The position numbers and the translations under genes are program-made. Below are positions 1 to 7,592 of a stretch of 64,000 bases of DNA, in pieces. Positions within the stretch are counted from its first letter, which is position 1. Each line of letters starts with the position of its first letter. Source of the DNA: an uncultured Clostridia bacterium (lineage in GTDB: Bacteria; Bacillota; Clostridia; Christensenellales; Borkfalkiaceae); the NCBI GenBank assembly GCA_947630365.1, contig CANRHI010000001.1:3927-67926 (forward strand), in the 5' to 3' direction. The notes under the pieces are model-generated. The model searched no databases and was not told where the DNA came from. It was given only the letters and a program-made list of their open reading frames with translations.

Positions 1-174
1 GAGGTCCCATATTCCGGGCTGTATATCGTTCCCATTCGCGACGCCGATCTAAAGGAGCTTTCAGACGTCTTGAATTCCCAAAAGTTTAAGCAGTATATCT
101 GTAATGCGGGGGCATGCGTGAATGGAAAATCGAGGCGGGTGTGCCCGGAGGACATAGAAAATTATATCTATTGA
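1..174 (+). CDS. 3' end of an upstream gene that runs off the window (partial). The C-terminus loosely resembles the target-recognition (TaqI_C-like) end of N6-adenine DNA methyltransferases or type IIG enzymes.
   Basis: Frame 1 is open from base 1 to TGA at 172-174 (...GLYIVPIRDADLKELSDVLNSQKFKQYICNAGACVNGKSRRVCPEDIENYIY*). It has an LNSxxFxxY-type pattern. The stop lies 12 nt before the next ATG. It is absent from the ORF track because it has no start codon. Confidence 0.3.
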   Translation, partial: EVPYSGLYIVPIRDADLKELSDVLNSQKFKQYICNAGACVNGKSRRVCPEDIENYIY

Positions 175-186
175 GCGGAGATCGCA

Positions 187-2694
187 ATGGAAAAAGTTCA
201 GTTCGAAGTAAGTGCAAAAACGGCACGGCTGTTGGGACGCGAAAATATCAGCGACGTAGACGGTGCCATCATAGAATTGATCAAAAACTCGTATGATGCC
301 GATGCGGTATGCGTTTTTGTGCTCTTTTACTTGCCCTTTCCCAAAGTACCGAATCGCATCCCATATGAATTGGCTCACGAGGTGTTTCACGAGGGCGGCA
401 TCGAAAAACTTTTGGAATATTACGACGATACCGGGGTGGACTTCGGAAAGCGCGACGGGTTGACGAATACACAGGAAGCCCTGTTGAGCGATTTTTTATT
501 TTCAAAGAACTTCATATATGTGATAGACAACGGTTGCGGGATGGACGAGAACACATTGCGCAATGCGTGGATGAATATCGGGACAAACGATAAAGAGGAA
601 AGACGGGTCAGTCCCAAGAAAAGGGTAAAAACCGGGGCAAAGGGCATCGGACGGTTTGCTTTGGATAAGTTGTCGAAATCGACGACGGTATATACGAAGA
701 GCGAACACGATCGCCTAAAAAAGTGGGCGATCGACTGGGAACAATTTGAAACGGCAAACCTTTTGAACGAAGTAACGGCGACGATCGACGATGTCGATTC
801 GTCCTTTTATGAGTGTGTAAAAGCCGTCGCGAAAGATCGTTTTAAGACGTTCGAAAGGTACGGATGGGATACCGGGACGATCATTTCTCTTTCCCCCATC
901 AGAGAACCGTGGGACGAGGAGTACTTTGCCAAGGTCAACCGCAATTTGAGAAGCCTGTTTCCGCGCACCAACAGTTCGCAATTCGATATCTATGTGACAA
1001 ATGTGTTCTACCCGAGGTTGTCCTTCGAAAACGAGCGCTTTGCTCTCGGCGACACGGAATACGACTATCGGATCCTCGGCTCGTTTGACGGGAAAGACAC
1101 GCTCTCCGTTCAAATCTACAGAAATGAGATAGAAACCAAGAAAAAGAAGATAAGCAGGGTCATCGACGGAAAAAGTACGACGCTGCCCCTTGGCGATTTT
1201 TGGGAAAGGGAGGCGTTTCGGAAGGAGAATTTCCATCGATCGGATTTCTCAAGAGCCGTGGACTTTCGCTACTCCGCTCACGACCTGACAAAACTGGACC
1301 CGTCCGTATTAGAGGGGGTCGGAGCGTTTTCGGCGGAATTTTACTTTCTCAGGAATGCGCCCAGCCCGATAGAGATCACCAAGCCTGTAGTCACCTCCCG
1401 CCGAAAAGAGATCTTAACGAGCTTTTCCGGCATCAAGCTATACCGCGACGGCTTTAAGGTCCGCCCCTATGGGGAAGAGGGCGGCCCCGGTTTCGATTGG
1501 CTCTCCTTGGGGCAACGCGCCCAAAAAAGCCCGGCGGCGGTTTCCCACCCCGGCGGCGGATGGAGGGTAAGGACAAATCAAATTATCGGCGAAGTCCGCA
1601 TTACGAAAGACGGAAACCCCGGCTTAGAGGATATGGCGAACCGCGAGGGACTATCCATCAACGATAGTTTCAAAGTTTTTGTCAGTCTGATCCTAAAAAT
1701 GATAGAGACCTTCGAGGGCGATCGGCAATACGTCTTTCGGGAATATGCCGCATGGCTTCGGGAAGAGGAAGAGAGCCGCTCCGCGACCGATGCCGTTATC
1801 CAAGCCGCGAAAGAAAGCCAAGGAAGGACTCCCGAACGACCCAAAGAAGGGGATGGGGAACAAGCTCCTCCCCATTTCGATCCATCGAAATACGAGGACA
1901 CAATTGTCAAGTTGGACGAAGCTCGCGAGGAGGAAGAGCGCACCAACAGGACATTGATGTTATACAGCTCTGCCGGCGTTATGACCAATACGTTTTCTCA
2001 TGAATTAAGCCATATCATGACGCAGGTGGGAAGCAGAATGCAGCATTTGCGCGCCGTCATCCGAAGCAAGATCGGGGAATATGAGGGAAACGAATTTTTG
2101 AACCCCTACAAGATGATCGACGAAGCCGAGGAGGTGGATAAGCTTCTTGAAAACTGGATCGGGGTGTTGATGCATGGCATGAACGAAAGCGCCTTTGCAC
2201 GCAAATCGAATAATATTTACTCTATCGTAAGAGAGAGCCTGGAAGAATGGAGGCCGTTGCTGCGCCGCAAACTCATCGAGATCTCTCCCTTGAACGAGAT
2301 CGCCGAGATCGGGGCGTTTCAGTACACCATTTCACAAATCGATATCGTGATCATTCTGAACAATTTCTTGCTGAATGCGGCCTATTTTTTAGAGCAGTCC
2401 CACGGGAAGAAACGTCTCGTTACGATAAATTTATACGAGGAGAAGAATTCTATCGTTCTCGAAATGGAAAACAACGGGCCGCCTCTCGACGGGGTCTTTA
2501 TGAATAACCCGAACAGGATCTTCGAGGCAGGCGTCTCCACCAAGGTCACAAAAGAAGGAAAGGGCTCCGGCCTTGGCCTTTGGATCATGCAAATGTTGGT
2601 GCAAAGCAATTCCGGAAGTATTTATCCGATCGTTCCCAAGGAAGATGGTTTTGCATTGAAGATCTGTTTTCCGAAATCGGAGGGTAAATTATGA
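187..2694 (+). CDS. Fusion protein: N-terminal MORC/Hsp90-type GHKL ATPase plus C-terminal histidine-kinase core (H-box helix plus HATPase_c)
   Basis: 835 aa. N-terminal Bergerat motifs: ELIKNSYDAD (aa 30-39), DNGCGM (aa 114-119, nt 526-543) and GAKGIGRF. C-terminal motifs: H-box FSHELSH (His605, nt 1999-2001), N-box-like LNNFLLNAAYF, G1-like ENNGPP and G2 GKGSGLGLWI. Confidence 0.75.
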   Translation: MEKVQFEVSAKTARLLGRENISDVDGAIIELIKNSYDADAVCVFVLFYLPFPKVPNRIPYELAHEVFHEGGIEKLLEYYDDTGVDFGKRDGLTNTQEALLSDFLFSKNFIYVIDNGCGMDENTLRNAWMNIGTNDKEERRVSPKKRVKTGAKGIGRFALDKLSKSTTVYTKSEHDRLKKWAIDWEQFETANLLNEVTATIDDVDSSFYECVKAVAKDRFKTFERYGWDTGTIISLSPIREPWDEEYFAKVNRNLRSLFPRTNSSQFDIYVTNVFYPRLSFENERFALGDTEYDYRILGSFDGKDTLSVQIYRNEIETKKKKISRVIDGKSTTLPLGDFWEREAFRKENFHRSDFSRAVDFRYSAHDLTKLDPSVLEGVGAFSAEFYFLRNAPSPIEITKPVVTSRRKEILTSFSGIKLYRDGFKVRPYGEEGGPGFDWLSLGQRAQKSPAAVSHPGGGWRVRTNQIIGEVRITKDGNPGLEDMANREGLSINDSFKVFVSLILKMIETFEGDRQYVFREYAAWLREEEESRSATDAVIQAAKESQGRTPERPKEGDGEQAPPHFDPSKYEDTIVKLDEAREEEERTNRTLMLYSSAGVMTNTFSHELSHIMTQVGSRMQHLRAVIRSKIGEYEGNEFLNPYKMIDEAEEVDKLLENWIGVLMHGMNESAFARKSNNIYSIVRESLEEWRPLLRRKLIEISPLNEIAEIGAFQYTISQIDIVIILNNFLLNAAYFLEQSHGKKRLVTINLYEEKNSIVLEMENNGPPLDGVFMNNPNRIFEAGVSTKVTKEGKGSGLGLWIMQMLVQSNSGSIYPIVPKEDGFALKICFPKSEGKL

Positions 2695-3377
2695 AAAAAT
2701 ACACCATCGGGATCATAGACGAGGATTTGAAAGATGTGGATGCCATCAAGCGCACCATATGGTTCAACAAACCCGATCAAGTTGACGAGAAAGAGATCGA
2801 ATTCGTTGATTACAATGTTTTCGTCGAGTCGGACGACATCATAGACGAAATGGTCGAAAAGGCCCTTTGCGCGATCGTGGAGGATGCCATACGGCTCCTC
2901 ATCGTAGATTATAAGATCATTGTCAGCTCGTCTCTCATCGAAGGAAGCGAAATATTCCGGCGGCTGGAAGAAGTCGTGCCGAAATTTCCCATTGTTATCT
3001 TGTCCAATGTTCCCGACACCTGCTATGGCATAAAATTCGTGGACGCCGACAAGGTCTATGCAAAGGGACAATTTTTCAAAATAGAGGAGGGCTATTCGAA
3101 AGAAAAAACCTCAAATCTGTTCCGAAACATGGACCACTACAGAGAACGGAAGGCAGAATCGGCCTTAAAATATAAAATGTGTCTATCCGATTTGGAGAAA
3201 AACGGATATTCCGAGAAAACCTTAAAAGAACTTATCGAAGCGGAGAAATCGCTGGGCGATTTTTGTCCCTTGCAAGAATCCGAGATGGAAAAACAGTTGA
3301 ATGTCGGAGAGCTGAAAGTCGCCGTAGACCTGATCGCAAAAGCCAAAAAATTACTCGGAGAGGAAGATGAAACTTGA
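2691..3377 (+). CDS. Receiver (CheY/REC)-like domain protein with a helical C-terminal extension and no recognisable output domain
   Basis: 228 aa. Its ATG overlaps the upstream stop (ATGA at 2691-2694). It has an acidic pair IGIIDED, a candidate phospho-acceptor LLIVDYK (Asp73, nt 2907-2909), and IVILSN as a beta4 Ser/Thr position. The C-terminal ~90 aa are predicted helical. Confidence 0.5.
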   Translation: MKKYTIGIIDEDLKDVDAIKRTIWFNKPDQVDEKEIEFVDYNVFVESDDIIDEMVEKALCAIVEDAIRLLIVDYKIIVSSSLIEGSEIFRRLEEVVPKFPIVILSNVPDTCYGIKFVDADKVYAKGQFFKIEEGYSKEKTSNLFRNMDHYRERKAESALKYKMCLSDLEKNGYSEKTLKELIEAEKSLGDFCPLQESEMEKQLNVGELKVAVDLIAKAKKLLGEEDET

Positions 3378-4002
3378 GAATTTCAAATCGCACACGATAA
3401 AGAGAAGTCACTTGCCCGCAAAGAAGAATTATCGCGCCTATTTTGAGGATCTGAAAAAGGATTTCGGGGGAAGATGCGCCTATTGCAATTTGCACTTTCA
3501 AAGCATTACGACGCCCTTTGAGATCGATCATTTTATTCCGCAAAAAGAAATAAAGGACCGTAGGCCCGAGTTGATGGCCGAATACAGCAATCTGATTTTT
3601 GCCTGCAAAAAATGCAATATTGCCAAAGGAAGTCAATTTTCGGGAGATCTGTCTCTCGAAAAGCCCACGAATGAATTATTTTACGATCCTGCCGCCGTAG
3701 ATTACAATACGATTTTCTATCGGAACGAGTTGGGACTGATCGATTCGGACGACCCGAAGGGGAGGACGATGATCGGCAGTCTTAAATTATATAGGCCGAT
3801 CCACATTCTCGGGTGGCTGTGCGAAAAATTAAACTTTCTTGCGGACCGACTGGAGAAAAAAATCGATGCGGAAACCAATTCGGAGGTCAGGGAAACGTAT
3901 GAAGAGGCGCTGAACAAAATCAATCAACAATATCGTAAATTCATTCGGTTATTTATCTCGTCCTATAACGACGATCGATTCGATCTTCGTAAGGATACAT
4001 AA
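3367..4002 (+). CDS. HNH endonuclease (PtuB/TIGR02646-like stand-alone HNH)
   Basis: 211 aa. It overlaps the upstream gene by 11 nt. Motifs: CAYCN...EIDHFIP (His55, nt 3529-3531)...N...ACKKCNIAKG, i.e. CxxC...H...N...CxxC. Confidence 0.8.
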   Translation: MKLENFKSHTIKRSHLPAKKNYRAYFEDLKKDFGGRCAYCNLHFQSITTPFEIDHFIPQKEIKDRRPELMAEYSNLIFACKKCNIAKGSQFSGDLSLEKPTNELFYDPAAVDYNTIFYRNELGLIDSDDPKGRTMIGSLKLYRPIHILGWLCEKLNFLADRLEKKIDAETNSEVRETYEEALNKINQQYRKFIRLFISSYNDDRFDLRKDT

Positions 4003-4041
4003 TTCCTCAAGCATAATAACAGACAAACAGGGGGAAAAGAC

Positions 4042-5064
4042 ATGAGGAAGTGGCTTGCGTTGGCGTTGGCGGCGGTTGCCGCGGCGGCGATCTTCGTCGG
4101 GTGCGGCGAGACGGGAAGCGGAAATGGGCAGACGGGCTCGAGCGGCACGGAAAACGGTGCGCCTTCGAACGGAACGGACGGCGGTACAGAGGGCGGAGCG
4201 GAGAGCGGGACGGAAAACAAAGACCCGCAGTGCGGCACGGAAAGCGGAACAGAGGGCGAAACGGTGGAGCGGAAATTGCGCAAGATCCCCAAGAACAAAT
4301 ATTTCCCCGTGCAGATGGAGGAGCACATCGTGCGCTACGGGGATATTTCCCTCTACGGGCAGATCTACATCCCGGACACGGGGGACAAAAAGAATCCCGC
4401 CGTCATCCTGAGCCACGGTTTCAACGGGCACTATACCGATTTCCCGACGGAGTGCGTGCGCTTTTCCGAGCGCGGCTATGTGGTGTACGCCTTCGATTTT
4501 TGCGGCGCGCAGCAGGGCGGCAAGAGCACGGGGCGGTCGGCATCCGAGTACACGCCCTTCACGATGAAGGAAGATCTTCTCGCCGTCTTTGCGGACATTT
4601 CCTCCCTCGACTATGTGGATGAAACGCAGGTATTTCTCTTCGGCGGGAGCCAAGGGGGCTTCGTGACGGCGCTCACCGCGGCGGACGAGAGCATATGCGA
4701 GAAGGTCGCGGGGGTCGCTCTGTACTTCCCCGCCTTCAACATTCCCGACGATTGGCGGGGAAAGCCCGAGCAAAACACGCCGCTCATGGGCTACACCATC
4801 GGTGCGGAATTTATCCGTTCGGTGCAGGAGCTCGACCCCTTCGCCGTCATCGGGGCGTACAAAAAGGACGTTTGCATCGTGTGGGGGGATCAAGACGCGC
4901 TCGTGGCGAGAAAGTATATCAACGGCGCGATGGAAGTCTATGGCGACAAGGCGGAGCTGCATGTGCTCGAGGGCGCGGGGCACGGCTTCGGCGGCGCCGA
5001 CCTCAACACGGCGGTCAAGCTCGTCTTGAGCTTTTTGGAGGGGCGCACTTACGTCTGTGAATGA
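4042..5064 (+). CDS. Lipoprotein alpha/beta-hydrolase (S9/dienelactone-hydrolase-like esterase)
   Basis: Signal peptide with lipobox (AAAIFVGCGE), a Gly/Thr/Glu-rich linker, the nucleophile elbow GGSQGG, and a C-terminal GAGHGF catalytic His region. Confidence 0.7.
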   Translation: MRKWLALALAAVAAAAIFVGCGETGSGNGQTGSSGTENGAPSNGTDGGTEGGAESGTENKDPQCGTESGTEGETVERKLRKIPKNKYFPVQMEEHIVRYGDISLYGQIYIPDTGDKKNPAVILSHGFNGHYTDFPTECVRFSERGYVVYAFDFCGAQQGGKSTGRSASEYTPFTMKEDLLAVFADISSLDYVDETQVFLFGGSQGGFVTALTAADESICEKVAGVALYFPAFNIPDDWRGKPEQNTPLMGYTIGAEFIRSVQELDPFAVIGAYKKDVCIVWGDQDALVARKYINGAMEVYGDKAELHVLEGAGHGFGGADLNTAVKLVLSFLEGRTYVCE

Positions 5065-5158
5065 GCTCCTTGGGGCGCAAACGCGGCGATCTTTCAACGC
5101 GGCATAAAACGCCCGTGCGGGGAAGAACAGGGCTCGTGCGGGCGGAATTTGGAGGAAT

Positions 5159-5854
5159 ATGAAGGTCTGGGCGATCAGCGATCTGCACCTTTCCGGGCTC
5201 TCGAACAAGCCGATGGACGTGTTCGGAGAGGGCTGGGAAGGTCACTTCGAAAAAATCAAGCGCGATTGGGCGGAGAAGGTGAAAGAGGACGATCTCGTTC
5301 TTGTCGGCGGCGACACCTCGTGGGGCATGAAGCTCGACGAGGGCATGTACGACGTCGCGTCCCTTGCGCTCCTCCCGGGGAAGAAGATCTTCGTGCGCGG
5401 CAATCACGATTTTTGGTGGAACGGAATCACGCGGGTGCGCGAGCGCCGTCCCGACGACAGCTTTTTCTTTCTCCAAAACGACTGCGTGAAATTCGGGAAC
5501 GTCGTCGTCGCGGGGTCACGGGGGTGGACGGTACCGGGCAGCACAGACTTCACCGAGCACGACGAGCTCCTCTATCGCAGGGAGGCGGAGCGCTTCCGCC
5601 TTGCCCTCACGGAGGCGGAGCGGGTGAAGGAGGAGGGGGATATCCTCATCGCGCTCATCCATTTCCCGCCCATGAGCCTCAAGCAGGGCGACACGCTCTT
5701 TACCGAGCTCTTCGAGAAATACGGCGTGAACAAGGCGGTATTCGGGCATCTGCACGGGGCGGCCTACTTCCCCCTGCGCTCGGAGAGAAACGGCATCGAG
5801 TACATCCTCACCTCGTGCGACAAGACGCGCTTCTCCCTCACGGAAATTGTGTGA
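5159..5854 (+). CDS. Metallophosphoesterase
   Basis: Motifs AISDLHL, GGDTSWG, RGNHDFWW and GHLH, which are typical of calcineurin-like phosphoesterases. Confidence 0.75.
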   Translation: MKVWAISDLHLSGLSNKPMDVFGEGWEGHFEKIKRDWAEKVKEDDLVLVGGDTSWGMKLDEGMYDVASLALLPGKKIFVRGNHDFWWNGITRVRERRPDDSFFFLQNDCVKFGNVVVAGSRGWTVPGSTDFTEHDELLYRREAERFRLALTEAERVKEEGDILIALIHFPPMSLKQGDTLFTELFEKYGVNKAVFGHLHGAAYFPLRSERNGIEYILTSCDKTRFSLTEIV

Positions 5855-5940
5855 TTTGCCGTAAATTTCCAAAAAACCTATTGAAATTCCCCCGCAGATG
5901 TGTATAATATAGAGTAGAAGATGAGATAGGAGGAAGTATC

Positions 5941-6372
5941 ATGTATTCGTCAACACAAAAATTTATCAATCTGATGGATGAGAAGGGGATCAAATACGAG
6001 TATTGCGGCATCCTCAATGAGACAACGCAGAGCGAGACGGTCTCCATCCGCTACACGGGGAAGAACCTCAAGACCATCGAGGTGAATTTCACCTTCAACA
6101 AGAATTGCCGCGATGTGGCGATCGCCGTGTACAACATTGCCGTCGTGCCGGACAACAAGCTCGGCTCGACCATCATCGCGCTCAACGCCCTCAACTGCAA
6201 GTGGCGTTTCGTCCGCTTCTGCCTCGACCGTTCGGACAACACCGTGCAGGTCGAATCGGACGCCGTGTTCCGCGATACCGATGTGGACGAGATCTGCGTG
6301 GAGCTTCTCACCCGCGTCGTGAGCATCACGGACGAAGCGTACACGGACATCATGAAGGCCATCTACGCGTAA
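5941..6372 (+). CDS. YbjN-like (T3SS-chaperone-fold) hypothetical protein
   Basis: 143 aa with a clean ORF and an AGGAGG RBS at about 5928. The size and sequence pattern resemble the YbjN family. The assignment is from memory only. Confidence 0.45.
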   Translation: MYSSTQKFINLMDEKGIKYEYCGILNETTQSETVSIRYTGKNLKTIEVNFTFNKNCRDVAIAVYNIAVVPDNKLGSTIIALNALNCKWRFVRFCLDRSDNTVQVESDAVFRDTDVDEICVELLTRVVSITDEAYTDIMKAIYA

Positions 6373-6422
6373 TTTCCCGCCGCGCATTTCGGCGCGCCTT
6401 GCGGGAGATTTGTTTGAAAAAC

Positions 6423-6451
6423 AACGGCGGGGAAACTTCTCCGCCGTTTTT
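6423..6451 (+). terminator. Rho-independent terminator after the YbjN-like gene
   Basis: AACGGCGGGGA-aac-TTCTCCGCCGTT hairpin followed by TTTTT. Confidence 0.7.
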
Positions 6452-6556
6452 GCGTGTTCGCCGTTTTGGTACGCCTTCTCCGCCCGACTTGTTCGGCCCG
6501 AGAGGGTCGAAAAATTTGCCCGAGCGGGCGCGAAATCCTTTACTTTTCGCCATGCG

Positions 6557-6648
6557 TCTGTTATAATACAGACGCAAGCCCGCAGGGACGGCGCGGCGCC
6601 GTGTGCGCCCGATATGGTCTTGCGGCATTGCCGCAGGGCTTTTTTTCT
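6557..6648 (+). promoter_or_regulatory. pyr operon leader: -10-like TTATAAT (6561-6567) followed by an intrinsic terminator/attenuator (about 6616-6647), 25 nt before the pyrB start
   Basis: GTCTGTTATAATACAGAC, then GGTCTTGCGGC-att-GCCGCAGGGCT followed by T7. The upstream segment GCCCGCAGGG (6578-6587) closely repeats the 3' terminator arm GCCGCAGGG (6630-6638), differing by one extra C. It could therefore compete with that arm for pairing to the 5' arm, which would give alternative structures. Confidence 0.55.
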
Positions 6649-6671
6649 GTGAAAAACATTGCGGAGGCGCT

Positions 6672-7592
6672 ATGAAGCACAAGGACCTACTCGGGCTGTA
6701 CACGCTCGAAGCAGAGGAGATCGGCGAGATCCTCTCCCTCGCCGCCAAGATGAAGGCGCTCGTGCGCGCGGGGCAAAAGTCGCTCGACAGCTTAAAGGGC
6801 CGCTCCGCCGTCACGCTCTTCTACGAGAACAGCACGCGCACGCGGACTTCCTTCGAATTTGCGGCGAAGTTTTTGGGGGCGAGCACGGTGAACATTTCCG
6901 TCGCGACCTCCTCCGTGCAGAAGGGGGAGACCCTCGTCGACACGGGAAAGACGCTCGACGCCATGCACACCGACTTCATCGTCATGCGGCACCCCATGGG
7001 CGGCGCGCCGACGCTCCTTGGTAAGACGGTGAAGGCGCATGTAATAAACGCGGGCGACGGCATGAACGAGCACCCCACGCAGGCGCTCCTCGACATGCTC
7101 TCCATGCTCGAAGCATGGGGGACGCTCGAGGGGAAAACGGTTGCCATTCTCGGGGATATCCGCCATTCGCGCGTCGCCAAGAGCAATTTGTACGGGCTCA
7201 CCAAGATGGGAGCGACGGTGCGGATGTTCGCCCCGCGGACGCTCATGCCCGCGGGACTCGACTGCATGGGGGCGAAAATTTGCCGCTCGCGCGAGGAAGC
7301 GGTCGAGGGGGCGGACGCCGTGATGGGGCTTCGCATCCAGCTCGAGCGCCAGAAGGCGGGGAATTTTCCCTCCCTCGGCGAATATGCCAAATATTACGGC
7401 GTGAATGAGGACATTTTGCGCCTTGCGAAGGAGGGCGCGCTCGTCTTGCATCCCGGGCCCGTGAACAGGGGCGTGGAGCTCACGAGCGGCGTCATCGACG
7501 GGGAAACTTCCGTGATCACCGACCAAGTGCTCTCGGGCGTCGCCGTGCGCATGGCGGTCTTACAGCTCCTCGGGGAGGAAGAGATATGTTGA
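6672..7592 (+). CDS. pyrB: Aspartate carbamoyltransferase catalytic subunit
   Basis: MKHKDLLGL...STRTR...HPTQ...motifs and HPGP near the C-terminus. GGAGG RBS at 6664-6668. The track ORF start at 6603 is an upstream extension. Confidence 0.9.
   Translation: MKHKDLLGLYTLEAEEIGEILSLAAKMKALVRAGQKSLDSLKGRSAVTLFYENSTRTRTSFEFAAKFLGASTVNISVATSSVQKGETLVDTGKTLDAMHTDFIVMRHPMGGAPTLLGKTVKAHVINAGDGMNEHPTQALLDMLSMLEAWGTLEGKTVAILGDIRHSRVAKSNLYGLTKMGATVRMFAPRTLMPAGLDCMGAKICRSREEAVEGADAVMGLRIQLERQKAGNFPSLGEYAKYYGVNEDILRLAKEGALVLHPGPVNRGVELTSGVIDGETSVITDQVLSGVAVRMAVLQLLGEEEIC

Noticed and set aside
61-390. 109-aa minus-strand ORF and small plus-strand ORFs overlapping the start of the GHKL gene
   Set aside because: They overlap the strongly supported 835-aa gene and the upstream gene tail. 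They have no RBS and no motifs.
6603-6671. Upstream extensions of pyrB (start 6603) and pyrK (start 9407), and similar long starts for the aldolase (53563), PfkB kinase (52150), malQ (60648) and galM (15963)
   Set aside because: The extensions run through terminators, leaders or the preceding gene, and they lack an RBS. In each case an internal ATG with a GGAGG-type RBS gives an N-terminus typical of the family.
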